From positions 1 through 64,000 of IMG/VR virus record IMGVR_UViG_3300017917_003852: DNA of 64,000 nt. One strand, written 5' to 3'. The DNA comes from a virus. The notes beneath the pieces were generated by a model. That model did no database searches and was not told the DNA's origin. It saw only the letters and a list, made by a program, of their open reading frames with translations. This document shows positions 39,638-52,072 of this stretch, piece after piece. Positions within the stretch are counted from its first letter, which is position 1. Each line of letters opens with the position of its first letter. A program made the translations under genes and the position numbers.

Positions 39638-40902
39638 TGTTTTAATTTACCTTCTCTTACTGTTTCTCGTTTTGTAAATTGTCTTGCTATAAATTCGTCG
39701 GCTAGTTGTTCAGTATCAAATGTTTCTTCTAACAGCCAATTGCAACTAGAGCAATCTAGGCTTTCGTATTGGAAATATACTTCGTATTTTTCTTCACCTA
39801 GAGTATTTGTCACTCGAACAATCTTATATGCCTTACCGGCACCTCTCCAAGTAAGTGCAGCAAACACAATTATTATAGCAGGAATAGATAAAAAATACAC
39901 TAGATCCATTAACATTATTCTATCCCAAAATGTTGTTTTATTTTTTTGATTTTATGATCAAGTAGTTCTAAGCCATCAACACCGCCAAGATACCCTTGTG
40001 CCCACACTTCATGCTCTTCAGTAGGCTGCACAACTGCTATACATTCTTGCACAACTAATCGAGCTAGTTCTTCGTTATAAACTTCTATCCAGCGAGGCAC
40101 ATCCAAACCCGACGGAACTTTTTGCTTGGCGGCTGCTGCTAATTCTTGTATTCGCTCGTTCATGCGTTCTTTAAAATATACATAGTTAAATCAACTGCAT
40201 CGAGTCTAACAGTTTCGTAAGGATATTTACGATAATCTGCATCGTTCCATTTGCGGCGGCGAGTATCTAAACTTTGTATGCTTAACATTTTTGGATTAAG
40301 TTTAGTAATCTTACCAATCATTAATCCATTATGATCCGGAAATGCTACTGCATCTCCAACGACAAGGGCTCTACCTAGTTTGTCTTGATGTTCGTAAATC
40401 ATGATATTGCGCTGCCTAGTCCAGTAGGGCAGTTGTTTTGTATGCAAACATATCCCATTGCACCTTCTAATAGCAACCCGCATTTTGGACATTTGTTTGA
40501 CACTTGGGTAGTTACTTCAGGAACATCCTGCCAGTCTGACCATTGATAATTTGCAGTTCTTAACATATCTTCATTTGACCAGTTTAGTCCTGCACGAATG
40601 GTAACATCGTATTTCTGACGATATTGTAGTCTGCGACTGTTATCGTTATTCACTAGCCAACGCATTTCGATCATTTATTCTGCTCCGCTTGTTGAAAACA
40701 TTCTAAACAAAGTACATAGGTTCTAGGGCCACCCATGCCGCTAACAATTCGATTACATTGACTACAACCAATTACTGCGGCAGTATAAATGTAACCTTCT
40801 TTTAGTTCTTCAATAGGTCGCCAGTTACCCGAGTGTGTTCGTTCCCAACCTATAATGTTTGTATCATCCATAGTATAATAATAGCAGTTAATTGATTAAA
40901 TG

Positions 40903-43900
40903 TCAATTCCACATTAAGGCAATATGACTAGCATAAATGGCATGTTTCGCTCTCATCCGGATAGTTAGACGTCCGTTTTGTTCGCCGGTTTCGATATTTC
41001 TTCCGTGCCATGCTAATTGCCAATCCCAATCCCAACCTTGGCGTCCGATCCATTGTTCTAAAAATGGACGGTAATGATCATTTGGGTCTGCGGATTCGAA
41101 CCCTATCCAAACAGCTCCACCTAAGTCTGCCCATCGGGGATCATTATGATCTACTACTATTTCGCCTGAAGGCCATTTTACATCTATTTCAATGTAATCA
41201 ACTAACCACCAATATAATTTTTTAAAGATGCTCACGGTACGGATAAACCTTTCTTACACGATAATTATGACAATGAGAACAATAACGAGTTTGGATATAT
41301 TTGTCTGTATTTTTATTAACTTGATATGGCTTACACCACCGTGTCCAAGAATGCCAACCAAAGTTGCACCAAAAACTAGTTACTAGTGGTTCTTCATCCT
41401 TTAATATCCTAGCTGTATTTTCAACTTCGTTCATTTTACCCCAAATTTTAAAGCAAATAGTATAGCAGGTTCTTCCCACTCAAATTGAAAAATATCGTAA
41501 GTTCGTTGATGCACACTTCCCCATTCTACATGAAAACGACGAAAGTGTTTTCCTTCAGTATTATAGTTTAAACACCAGTTATACATTTCTTCTGTGCATT
41601 TTGGCACACGAATTCTATACCTAAAATACGGACGATGCCCACCTTCGCAATGAAAGTATTCCATTAGTAATTGTACTCAAACGTACCCCAACCTAGTAAG
41701 GTTCTAGGTGTGTTTTTTCGAGCTTGTATCCACATGTAACCATCTTTGTCGTATTCGCTAAACCAATCTACATAACTTTTGTTGTAAAGAATATCTTGCA
41801 TTTCCCAAAGATAATTTTTTGGATACTGATAACATGGATCGTCTCCTTTGTATCGACGCCGCATCGGCAATTTTTGCGATGGGTGTTCTGATAGTACCAT
41901 CAAAAGATGCTCTTGTTCTAACTCCTTAAGGGTAATAGGAACGAAGTTTGCCTTATGATACAAACTAGGCAAAGCTCGATCGACCACTTTGTTGTAATCG
42001 TATTCTCGAATAATAACTCTGCGTCGTAATTGTTTCTTCATGCAAACCTCAGTGCAAATTTTACAGCAATTTGTGAATCATCAAACCAAAATATATTGCC
42101 CGTCCATGAATAACGATTAGGATGATTTTTACTAAGCCAACCGTGTATTTCGCCCCATTTCATATAGTTGGCGTGTATTGGAATATAGCCGGCACGCTCA
42201 AACTGTTCGCAGTGAGTTTCATGTACCACAGGAGAACCGTCGAGCTGTGTCCGAATAAATGTTCTAATCGGTATTAACTCACTCACGCAAACCTCAGTGC
42301 AAATTCTGTAGCAGCCTTTTCGTCTCGAAAGACAAACATAGTATCTGTAGTTTCTAAATCCTCTACATCACCTACAATCCATTGATTATAATAGCACCAG
42401 TCGTCACCGTTAAGCCAGTGGTTAATCGATCCTTCTCGACCGCCATAACGAGCACTGCCTTGTCCGGCATTTGCTGCTAGCCAAGATTCAATTTCCGCCT
42501 TTTTATCTCGCATTGTGTTGAAAGGTACTTTAACTTTGTTCATTGCCTGCCCATCTTAATAAGAATAATGCTTTTTGTTTCTTATTACTAAAATAAAAAG
42601 TTTTATTATAGTATCCCCACTCATCTTCCATGACTTCATCTAACCATTTGCAGCGTTGGACAATATCGTCATTATATAATAAAGTATCATACATCTCATA
42701 CGATTCCGGATATTGCAGTTCTAGCAGCAAAGTTTGGTCCATGGCATCAGCTAGTTCCTTTGCTACTCGATTTACATATTCTTCTGCTATGTCCATTATG
42801 CCCACCTCAATAAAAACCAAGCGAATTTCTCTTCATTAACAACTCTATAATCTTCGATAGTTATTAACCTCGCGTCCATTTCTATTTCTATACCATACTC
42901 ATCTAGTATGCGATGCAATTGTGCGTCATATCTTGGACTGCCGGTGATTACTCGTGCTTGCCCGGTAATGGGCCAAGATCGGTGCTGCCCTTCTTCGTTC
43001 CATTCTCTACTTAGAATTTTCTGTAGTTCGCCGGGTGTCATGCCCACCTCAATGCAAAATGTACAGCATCTTCTCTATTTTCAAATTGAATAAATTTGTC
43101 AGTAGTCCAACCAGGATTGTGAAAATACATACCTGTGCAATTCTCTTCTAACCACCGATCAACTAACCAATCCTTGTAACTGCGACGAAATCGGCTTTGG
43201 ATATTATCGTAATCGTATTTGGCATATACTACTGTGTGTAAAGGCATTATCCGCCCCACCTAAGCATAAAGAATGTAGCATCCTCTTGACGCTTGAACAC
43301 AAAGTAAAGACCGTTGTTGCGCCAATTGCCACTTTTAAAATTCTCGTAGCAAAATCTCTGCAACCTTTCGGATTGCCCCCAAGCATCTACTTCAGGAAGC
43401 ATACGAAATTGATGCGGCCAATATTTTTTATTATAGGTTTGCATAGTCTGCGGTTAATGCATTTAAAATAACTTGATTGCGTTCAGCTTGCCAACTTTTA
43501 AGCCAAGGAGTACGATCACATTCCTCAATGTGTTTTAAAATTTGAGTGCGGCTACTAGATTCAATTGCTTCATGTAATCCAATCATCATAACTGGTTGTC
43601 GCCAACGATATACTACTATACACATTTTGTCATCGGGATGCAAGTTCCATGCCCACTCATAAGGGTAATCACCATCAAGATCTGGAATATCACTTAAATG
43701 TTTAAATTTCGTCATAATAATCCTCTACCACAACCCAACCTAACTTTTGAAAGTCTTCTCTAATCTCATCAGTAATAACACTTTCTGCTACATACTTTCT
43801 TAGATCAAATCCTTGCGCTAGTGCTGCTTCGTAGTCAATTTCTTCTGGATTGCCGCGAATACCCGAACAATACCAATTCATGTAATCACCTTCGCACCGA

Positions 43901-45756
43901 ATGTCGGCAACTACGCCACCGGCATAGCGCCAAGTACAGGACCATATAGCATCTTTAAGTATAGGCACGACTTCCATTTTTTGGAATGCATTATTGCATA
44001 GTGCGGCATAAAGATTTTGTGAGTATGCGTCACTGGCACGTACTTTATCCACAAACCACTTTGCGTCTTTCATGTCTCGTTCTAAATTGTAATCCATTAT
44101 TGTCCTTCCCATTTTAACTGAAATAACATTGCATCCTGTTCGTTGGTGAATTCAAACTCGTATCGAAGATACCAATCTTCATCCGCAAGTTCGCTTTCAT
44201 ATACTAGCCAACAAACAAAACTAGGGCAATTTTCTCTTGCCCAAGTTGAGAGTTCAATCTCGTCGATGTCAAATAATACTACTATTGCCATTTTAGTAAA
44301 AAATTACTAGCGTCTGCTTCGTTTTCTATAACTACCACCATACCTTGTTGATGTTTCCGTCCGTTAGGCAAGCACTGATCCATCCATGCATATATTTCTG
44401 GCTCATTGTCCGTCCACCAACGAAAGTCAGTGATGATTATGTAATAATATGGCATCTCTTCATCAAACGGACCGGTGGCGATAAATCTGCCTTTGTCGTC
44501 TGGAAACACTACGCTCACTGTTTTTGTTCCTTTTCTTTAGGTGCTTTTACTGCACAAATGGCAACAAAGCCTTTGCCATCCCATTCTTTACGAGCATCCA
44601 TACACGCTTGATAATCGGGATATTCTTTTTTGTAAATGAATTTTATTTGTGGTGGCGGATCAGTCCAAAGTTGCACAACCAATATCCAAGGCATTAAGTC
44701 TAACATATCAGTTCCTTAATATTTCAAAAGTCCATTTAGCACTATCGGGATCTACTTCAAACCATAATTGATTACTTTCGTCTAGCCATACAGTAAAACC
44801 TTTACTGGTAAAAAAATCTACAGCAATTTGTTTAAATCGTTGATCATCGTAGTCAGGAATAGTTTTAGCTTCTTTTTGAATAGCATGTAGTTCATTGGTA
44901 TAATAATTTAGAATATGAGCGTGAAACCATTCGGGTGCGTATCTAAAAGAGAATTGCATTTCAACTCCACCTTAACAAAAAAGTCATCATTTCTTCTTCA
45001 GTATCAAACTGCCAAAGATCGAAACTCATACGACGCCCACAATTATGTTCTTGGCACCACTCTTGTGCGGGCATTAACATGTGCTCACGCAAGCCAGTTG
45101 GTGTTACTGCACCATGTTCGTGAGCTAATTGTACTCTTAACCAATAACCTTGAGGGCGAGGCCAAGACTCCCATACTAATTTCATGTTATTTTTATTCTG
45201 TCAGTATTGGCTCTATTGCTATACACTTTATAACCGCGCTCTCGCATTAGATCTGCTGCTGCCTGAGGACTGTCATCGAACATTAGTTCGAGATCCTCTT
45301 TAGTAATATCATTGCTGCAATCGATGGCGTACAGTTCATAATGCCGCTGACTATTAACTCTGGCCCTTAGTAGCATTTGTTGAAGCATACCATTCATTGG
45401 ATTGCGAACAGGCTCTTCGTCATTGAGAATCCTAAAAGTATTTTCTGCGTCCCAGTGTTCATACTGAGTGATAGGAATAATGCTTTCTAGTCCTTCTTCA
45501 CACCAATAAACAAGATATGCGTTAGTAGTCATAGATATTTTATTTGAAAAAATGTTGCTCGAGCCGGATCGTCAAAGTCTAATCTAATATCAGTTGCACG
45601 TTGATTATATTCATCGTAACAAAAATGTGTTCTAACTGTAAAACCCAATTCTCTTTTTAAACGCCAGGTTATTAAAAAAATTTTATCGCCGTGCTCGTTC
45701 TCAATGCGTTGGCGCAAAGTTTTCCATTCTGGTTTGCTAAAGATCAAAGTGGTCAT
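40903..45756 (-). repeat. array 2 of small F-x-L-R/K-W/F-terminated paralogous CDSs, interspersed with other small genes
   Basis: clear members end at 41431, 42038, 42283, 42530, 42796, 43038, 43247, 44097, 44282, 44961; degenerate members at 40903, 44708, 45529. Confidence 0.8.
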
Positions 45757-46102
45757 ACTGCATTATAGCAGTATATTTAGATTAGGTCAAGCTATCCAGC
45801 CTTGTCCGGTTATCTGATGATACCAGGGATAAAACGGTCCGACTACAATAAACTGCCAATCGCTAGTTATCCATGCGGTCGCCGGATTGGCAAGATGTTG
45901 GTACTTGGGTAGCACTTCGTGCCCGTTTATTGTTATTTTTGCAACTTCTACTGCACCGTTGCTAATCTTACAACTAAAGTTTAACCCTTCTAGTAAATCA
46001 AAATACATTGTTGATTTTACCGGCTGATTATTCACTGTAAAATGATATTTTGGATTATGGTGCTCAACTAAATGAATCTTTACTTCAATTTGATTAGCTG
46101 TA

Positions 46103-47413
46103 TCAATATCCGTAATGTCTAAGAAATTTTTCATATCTTGGTGCATAATCTAAAATGGAATTTCCCCGCAGGGATTCAAACGCTTTTAAAAAGGATATTA
46201 AATTGTATCTTAATTCCTCGACATTTTTTGGTACGTTATAGTCGCAAATAAATTGATAGTAATCTAGTATAATGTTTGCAGTAGCCTGGTCAATTTGATT
46301 AGTTTGTCTGACATTAACTAAATTTTCTTTAGTAAGTCGATATTTTTTAATTAATGTTTGTAATTTTTCTTTAATCTCTTGACGTATGTCTTCGGGCATT
46401 ATTTCCATGCGAAGCCACTCGGGTCTATACAGTATATTACAACTTTCTGATATTACTTTATTGTTAATCATAAACTCAAATAATTTATCTAATTCGTATA
46501 TAGAAAAAATATTAGGTGTAATTCGTAAAGAAATAACTAGTCCGGAATTCTCTTTTCTTAGTTGTAAAAAATTATCTATGTTCGACAGTATTTCTGTAAT
46601 TTGTCCAGGCCAGCGTATATAATCGTTAATAGGATCTACAGATTCTATACTAATACCTAAATGAAATTGTTCAAAATGTCCTATTAGATTATGGATTCGT
46701 TGATTATATATTGTGCCATTTGTTGTGGTGCCAACAATTATATCTTTAGCTAAATCATGCTCAATTAATTTTTCACAGATAGTATAAAATGCTTCTTCGT
46801 ATAATGTTTCTCCTCCTAAGAAATGTATATAACGAAGATTAGGAATTTCTTTTAGTTCTTCAATGAATTGATTTATTAATGTTTGGTCCTTAGTCCAAGA
46901 TTCAATTTTTTCAGGTTTCAAAAATAATTTAGAATTTATTTTGTGTAGCTTATGAAATTCTTGTTCTAGTTTGCTGCTTGCTTCGGGTCTGCACATTATA
47001 CAAGCACTATTACATGTATTACCTAGTTCAACTTGTAATTCAACTGGCGCTAAATTTGCTTCACCGTTATTATTAAAACTATATTCAAAGTTTTTGTAAT
47101 GCGGACTGCTTCTAAAAGTTTTTAGAAAGTCATTTGTATCAACAGCACTTTTATTAAGTTGTCTCATACGTCCGTTTAACTTACCAAAACTTTCTTCATA
47201 ATAACAAATGGAACAATGATTAGGTTCTTCGCCGGCCAATAACTGTTGGCGAAGAATTTTCATCTGATCGCTGTTGTAATATTGCATTATCGATTGATTA
47301 CTAAACGAATGGAGCCGTTGTGGATTTTTAGCCCAACTACATGACTCAAAACTTCCGTCGTAGGTAAGTCTCACGTGGAACCACGGACTAGAACAAAAAG
47401 TTTTTTCAAACAT
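46103..47413 (-). CDS. radical SAM protein with twitch/SPASM-like N-terminal domain
   Basis: CNSACIMC, FLGGE, TTNGT; N-terminal FCSSPW...CSIC. Confidence 0.88.
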   Translation of the reverse strand: MFEKTFCSSPWFHVRLTYDGSFESCSWAKNPQRLHSFSNQSIMQYYNSDQMKILRQQLLAGEEPNHCSICYYEESFGKLNGRMRQLNKSAVDTNDFLKTFRSSPHYKNFEYSFNNNGEANLAPVELQVELGNTCNSACIMCRPEASSKLEQEFHKLHKINSKLFLKPEKIESWTKDQTLINQFIEELKEIPNLRYIHFLGGETLYEEAFYTICEKLIEHDLAKDIIVGTTTNGTIYNQRIHNLIGHFEQFHLGISIESVDPINDYIRWPGQITEILSNIDNFLQLRKENSGLVISLRITPNIFSIYELDKLFEFMINNKVISESCNILYRPEWLRMEIMPEDIRQEIKEKLQTLIKKYRLTKENLVNVRQTNQIDQATANIILDYYQFICDYNVPKNVEELRYNLISFLKAFESLRGNSILDYAPRYEKFLRHYGY

Positions 47414-48672
47414 TAATCAATAATTCCGAAGTTGGCCCAGTTAGATGCACCAAGACACACCCAACCCATTGGGCCTCCAGGATTTGGATTTGTGTTCCAA
47501 ACTACATGTCCGCGTTGGCTTACATAATTTGGTGGTTCAGCAGCAGAGGTAAATTTCATTGTTCCAATTCGTAAATCATTTATAGTTGCCGAGCCATCAG
47601 TATCTAAAGTTATATTTTCTTTGTTGTTAGATGTTAAAATTAACTTTTGATTTCTTGGAGTTCCAAAATTGCCAACGCCGGCTGATTTCTTGTTGGCCAC
47701 AATTTCAACTTCTTGATCCCAAATTGACAATGCTGCACTAGGTTCAATGGTGTTAATACCGACACGTTTTGGTGTTACATATAAAGTTTCTGCTAACAAA
47801 GATTCACCGCTTACTTGCAATTCTTTAAGCACACCAAGATGCTGTAAATTACTGCTTATTATAGTGGATCCAAGTTTATTGTCGGTGATTACGTCTGCAC
47901 CGTTTAACTTAATCTTAGTAAGATCTAAACCGTCAGTTTTGATTTTATCAAATACCAATGAACTAAAACTGTCAAACAATCCTCTGTTCATATTTGACAA
48001 TGCCGAGGTAGTAGTTTCTTTGATTAAGTTTGTATAAAATACACATTCTCGATCTACTTCGCCGTTAATTGACAAATTACCGTTGATTGACACTAATCCT
48101 TCAACTGTAAGATCTTTTGTTAGTAAGTTGTTTTCAATAACAGTAGCATCATCGAGTATTGTTAAGGCTACACCAGTTGATCGATCATCAATACCGGTAC
48201 TGCTAAAATTCTCTATTAGTCCGCCTTTAATATTATCGCCACTAATAATTAAATCATTTAATTTTATTGCCGCAGGATTGATACTATTGTCAGGGAATGT
48301 AATCTCTCTGATACGATCCACTATTAATGTAGCAGTAGCATCATTGACTGCTTGATTTAAATTAAACTTAGCTAATCGTTCTGATACAGTTTTGTTAATT
48401 AACTCCACAGTAGAAGTTTGGGCTTCAGTGATAGTTTCATTAATTCTATCTGTGATGCGTTTTTCTAATTTCTTACTATCAATTGTGTATTGTGCAGCTT
48501 TTTTGTCTAATGCTGCATTGGCAGCATTTTGTACGTGCGTATTGTAATCAAAAGATTCTAAGCGAGAGTTGATACTATCTAATATTAGTTTATCAACTTG
48601 AGTTGATACATTGACGGTAATCTCGCTTACTATTTGATCGACTATTTTGCTTATGTGTTCGTTAAGATCCAT
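47413..48672 (-). CDS. hypothetical, possibly structural (coiled-coil plus beta-rich C-terminus)
   Basis: RVGINTIEP and GWVC...W..FG fibre-like motifs. Confidence 0.45.
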   Translation of the reverse strand: MDLNEHISKIVDQIVSEITVNVSTQVDKLILDSINSRLESFDYNTHVQNAANAALDKKAAQYTIDSKKLEKRITDRINETITEAQTSTVELINKTVSERLAKFNLNQAVNDATATLIVDRIREITFPDNSINPAAIKLNDLIISGDNIKGGLIENFSSTGIDDRSTGVALTILDDATVIENNLLTKDLTVEGLVSINGNLSINGEVDRECVFYTNLIKETTTSALSNMNRGLFDSFSSLVFDKIKTDGLDLTKIKLNGADVITDNKLGSTIISSNLQHLGVLKELQVSGESLLAETLYVTPKRVGINTIEPSAALSIWDQEVEIVANKKSAGVGNFGTPRNQKLILTSNNKENITLDTDGSATINDLRIGTMKFTSAAEPPNYVSQRGHVVWNTNPNPGGPMGWVCLGASNWANFGIID

Positions 48673-49402
48673 TATTATCAAATTGAATACTAATTACGTG
48701 CTCGTAATTTTTCTTGATTAAACTTTTATACATTAAATTCTTATGCACACTAAAACCAACGCCGCCAGCATCTGCACTAAATTTTGCTAGTTGTTTAAAA
48801 AACATAGCCCTTCTATCAAATGGGCCTACATTTACTAACTGATCGTTGGTTATTTCGAATACTTTTGTTACCCACTTATTTCTATCTTGAAGATTATAAT
48901 CGTGAAATTCTAAAAATACAGAATTTTGGTTTGTGCTGCGTATTAGTGCAGGAACGGAAAATTCTTTATCTTTAAAGTCTTGATTTTTGTAATCCTTACA
49001 AGTAGTTATCAAATATTCTTTAGTAAGATTACAAATTTCTACTACTCGATTTTTTTGATCCGAATCAGAATCTGCAAAGGTAAAATACTCATCCAATGCA
49101 ACTACTACATCAAATGATTTTTGATACTGTTCAAAGTTCTTTTTATCAATATAATTATATTTTATATTAAGTTCGTCTAATAGCTTTCTTGCATCGTTGC
49201 TTATTTTGGTAACTGATACATTTTTACAATTGGTCGCAAGTATAGCCGGACTGAAGCCCACAAACAAAATAGAATTAGGAGAAAAATTGTGGAATTCTGC
49301 TACTCCATCAATTATTTCTTTTTTGCGTTTAACTATATCAGCTGGTTTTTGATGTGATTTAAATGCTCTAAACAAACAATCCGTGTAACTTTCAAAGCTC
49401 AT
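48662..49402 (-). CDS. degenerate class I methyltransferase-like protein
   Basis: ILFVGF and FDVVVALDEYF in motif I/III-like positions. Confidence 0.4.
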   Translation of the reverse strand: MSFESYTDCLFRAFKSHQKPADIVKRKKEIIDGVAEFHNFSPNSILFVGFSPAILATNCKNVSVTKISNDARKLLDELNIKYNYIDKKNFEQYQKSFDVVVALDEYFTFADSDSDQKNRVVEICNLTKEYLITTCKDYKNQDFKDKEFSVPALIRSTNQNSVFLEFHDYNLQDRNKWVTKVFEITNDQLVNVGPFDRRAMFFKQLAKFSADAGGVGFSVHKNLMYKSLIKKNYEHVISIQFDNNGS

Positions 49403-49436
49403 GATGCCCTTTAATTTTTTATTATCGTGTAGTTAT

Positions 49437-50354
49437 TTATTGAGTTTGACGTATTAAATCAAGTGTAACACAGTGAAAACCGCCGCCTAATGTTCTACTA
49501 TGCCTTAATTCTAACGGTATAACTGTAAAATTGTAATTTTCTAATATATTCATTAACTTGTGTTGATGTTTATCAATGATAACAGTATAAGGATCTACAA
49601 CTAACATGTTTAGAGCTATCCATTTACTAGCATATGGATACTTGTAAAAATCTTGTGCTACTACGTCATCAACCCAAATAATTTCCCAGTTATGAAAAAC
49701 ATTGGGTAAATTATCCATATTGACTCTGCTAGCATTTACCATTACTAGACCTTCGCGTAATGGTACAATAGTACTATCAATATGAACTCCAGAATAGAAA
49801 TTACAAACTTCTACTTTAACATCCGGAAATTTATGTTGTAACCATTTTGCTGCACTGCGATTACCACTGGCACTTTCTAAGTATAACATAGTATCATTAA
49901 GACGTAAAACATTTGCGGCATCTAAAATCATACCTTCGTTTCTTGGCATGCGATGCACAGTATCGGCGCGAAATATTACATCGTCTAATCCCTCTATTTC
50001 CATGTCTCTACAAGGATACATCATAGCAGGATCCACAATTGTGTCGCCATAAATTAGTAATCGATCTCTTGGGCAATATCCATACATACCACCATGCTCT
50101 TGATAATTAATTGCTCGAGGTCTATGTACTGTTGCTCCAAATTGTTCTAGGGTGTCAGCTAATATATCAAGATCCTCGTTAGCTTCGTCAATGATCCAGT
50201 CCGGAACTGGGCCGCTAGGTACTGGAGTTTCTGTCCATGTAGTTTTTTCACTTTCTTTTGCAAATACCGGATCGTCACTAGGCCAATTAGCAAAGTCTGC
50301 TCGACCAACTACTACTTCGACTAACGTATCCCATTCATTATAACTGTGTATCAT
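49437..50354 (-). CDS. amidinotransferase (glycine/inosamine-phosphate amidinotransferase family)
   Basis: SYNEWD.L, CPRD, DAAN, HIDST, GGGFHCVTLD. Confidence 0.9.
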   Translation of the reverse strand: MIHSYNEWDTLVEVVVGRADFANWPSDDPVFAKESEKTTWTETPVPSGPVPDWIIDEANEDLDILADTLEQFGATVHRPRAINYQEHGGMYGYCPRDRLLIYGDTIVDPAMMYPCRDMEIEGLDDVIFRADTVHRMPRNEGMILDAANVLRLNDTMLYLESASGNRSAAKWLQHKFPDVKVEVCNFYSGVHIDSTIVPLREGLVMVNASRVNMDNLPNVFHNWEIIWVDDVVAQDFYKYPYASKWIALNMLVVDPYTVIIDKHQHKLMNILENYNFTVIPLELRHSRTLGGGFHCVTLDLIRQTQ

Positions 50355-50866
50355 ACATGCCCAGTGATTTGTAAAGTATAACGAGGCTCAAATCCCATGT
50401 TATATGCTCCGTGGGGAGCATCCCATGGCCATACTAATGTAAAGCCTGCCTTCCATTCTGAGTAGCCGGTGCCTTGACACTCTGCAAAGTGCCCGGGCTT
50501 GCGATCTTCGAGAAATATAACTGCTCGCCTAATAGAACTTTCTTTTCCTTTTAAGTTAAAGAGCTCAATATATTTGCGATATGTATCAATATGTTCAGGT
50601 AAGCTACTACCAGGATCCATGCGATAATATGATGTACCAACGTCTTTCCAATGCTCATATCTTTCAAAAAAATCAATAAATCTTTTATTCCATGTAGGTT
50701 GTGTATTACGCATGTCGCACATCCAACCACCAAAAGGTCCCCGGAATCCTGCATCTTCCCAATCTATTTCTGTTGTAGGATCATTGAATTTTTCTTTAAT
50801 GTAATTGAGATTTTTAAATTCGTCGTCCCAAAATTTTTCTAAGTTAAATGATTCGTGTGTTGCCAT
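50351..50866 (-). CDS. 2OG-Fe(II) oxygenase-like protein
   Basis: PEHID...HGAYN....RYTLQITG. Confidence 0.75.
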   Translation of the reverse strand: MATHESFNLEKFWDDEFKNLNYIKEKFNDPTTEIDWEDAGFRGPFGGWMCDMRNTQPTWNKRFIDFFERYEHWKDVGTSYYRMDPGSSLPEHIDTYRKYIELFNLKGKESSIRRAVIFLEDRKPGHFAECQGTGYSEWKAGFTLVWPWDAPHGAYNMGFEPRYTLQITGHV

Positions 50867-52070
50867 AGTATATTACCTCATACTCCTTACTTGTTTTGTA
50901 TTGTCTCCATGGATCTACAATAACACTCCCTGGTTCTAGATCCACGTATAATTCTTGTTCTTTCTCCTTGCCGGTATAACCGTAAGTGATATTTCTGTTA
51001 TGCGCCAAGAATGCAATTACCGGCATTCCATCAAACGGTGGTTGATCACCAGTTAGTGGATCAATGTAAAAATATTTTGCTTGTATTTCATCTAGGTAGT
51101 GCCCTATTAATAAACTATAACTACCGTCGCAATAATCAACATCGGGCTTATAGGCTTTGCCCATAATAAAGATAGGAAGATTTTTTTGTATTTGAATTCG
51201 TTTAAGATATCTTGCTAGGTTCTTTGCTTGTTGCTCTCTAGCATGCATTACAGTATCAAAGATATCATAGCCTAGATTTAAGTTTTCTGCTAACCAACGT
51301 AATGCAATGTTATCTCTTGGATGACATGGGCCGGCATCACCCATGCCTGCAGTCATGTATTTTGAACTCATAATACGTGTAGTACTCTTGGCTAATGCAT
51401 CTGTAACTACATCTACATTAATATTACCGTTCTTCATTGCAACATCTTGAATCATATTTACTAGACCAACCTTAGTACTAATAAAAGTATTATAGAAAAT
51501 TTTAATAGATTCTGCTTCGTCCCATGTACCTACAACATAGCGAGGATCATTTTGCATCAATGGTTGATAAAAATCTATTAGCAGTTTTGCATCACCAGTT
51601 TCGCTACCATCTTCAGTGCCAATGATAACCATTTCAGGATTGACCATATCCCACTCTACACTTCCCATTGCAATAAGATAAGGGTTGTAAATGAAACGTG
51701 CATTAGTAATACATGGCCTAAGTTCTCTTCTAACTGTTCCTGGGAGTACTGTAGAAATAAGGACAACTAATTGTTCAGGGCCGACCCAGGCATCAATTTG
51801 ACTTAGTACTTCTTTTACTATTGTATAATCAAAATCTTTATTAGGCAAATGTGTAATGGGTTTTGATCCATCGTAGTCGGGATCATGCGGAGTTTGTACG
51901 GCCACAAAAATAATATCCTTTCCAACAACTGCGCCACGAAGATTGTCGGATATTTTAATCACCCCACTGGATTTTGGGTAAATATCATAGCCGGTGACTT
52001 CATAATGCGTTGCCATTACTTCTGCACACGGCAACCCCAATTTACCAATTCCTATAAACCCAACTTGCAT
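50844..52070 (-). CDS. UDP-glucose/GDP-mannose dehydrogenase family protein
   Basis: GIGKLG, AVQTP, STVLPGT, GPCHPRD, AYKPD. Confidence 0.9.
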   Translation of the reverse strand: MQVGFIGIGKLGLPCAEVMATHYEVTGYDIYPKSSGVIKISDNLRGAVVGKDIIFVAVQTPHDPDYDGSKPITHLPNKDFDYTIVKEVLSQIDAWVGPEQLVVLISTVLPGTVRRELRPCITNARFIYNPYLIAMGSVEWDMVNPEMVIIGTEDGSETGDAKLLIDFYQPLMQNDPRYVVGTWDEAESIKIFYNTFISTKVGLVNMIQDVAMKNGNINVDVVTDALAKSTTRIMSSKYMTAGMGDAGPCHPRDNIALRWLAENLNLGYDIFDTVMHAREQQAKNLARYLKRIQIQKNLPIFIMGKAYKPDVDYCDGSYSLLIGHYLDEIQAKYFYIDPLTGDQPPFDGMPVIAFLAHNRNITYGYTGKEKEQELYVDLEPGSVIVDPWRQYKTSKEYEVIYYGNTRII

Positions 52071-52072
52071 AT

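Noticed and set aside
22810-40163. Paralogues 22810..23004 and 39915..40163 (MNERI...EC...HFGIE)
   Set aside because: The similarity is real, but there are only two copies and no functional clue.
46103-47413. Radical SAM protein as the PqqE partner of pqqA
   Set aside because: It is 40 kb away, the auxiliary Cys domain is N-terminal, and there is no PqqD; the architecture differs from PqqE.
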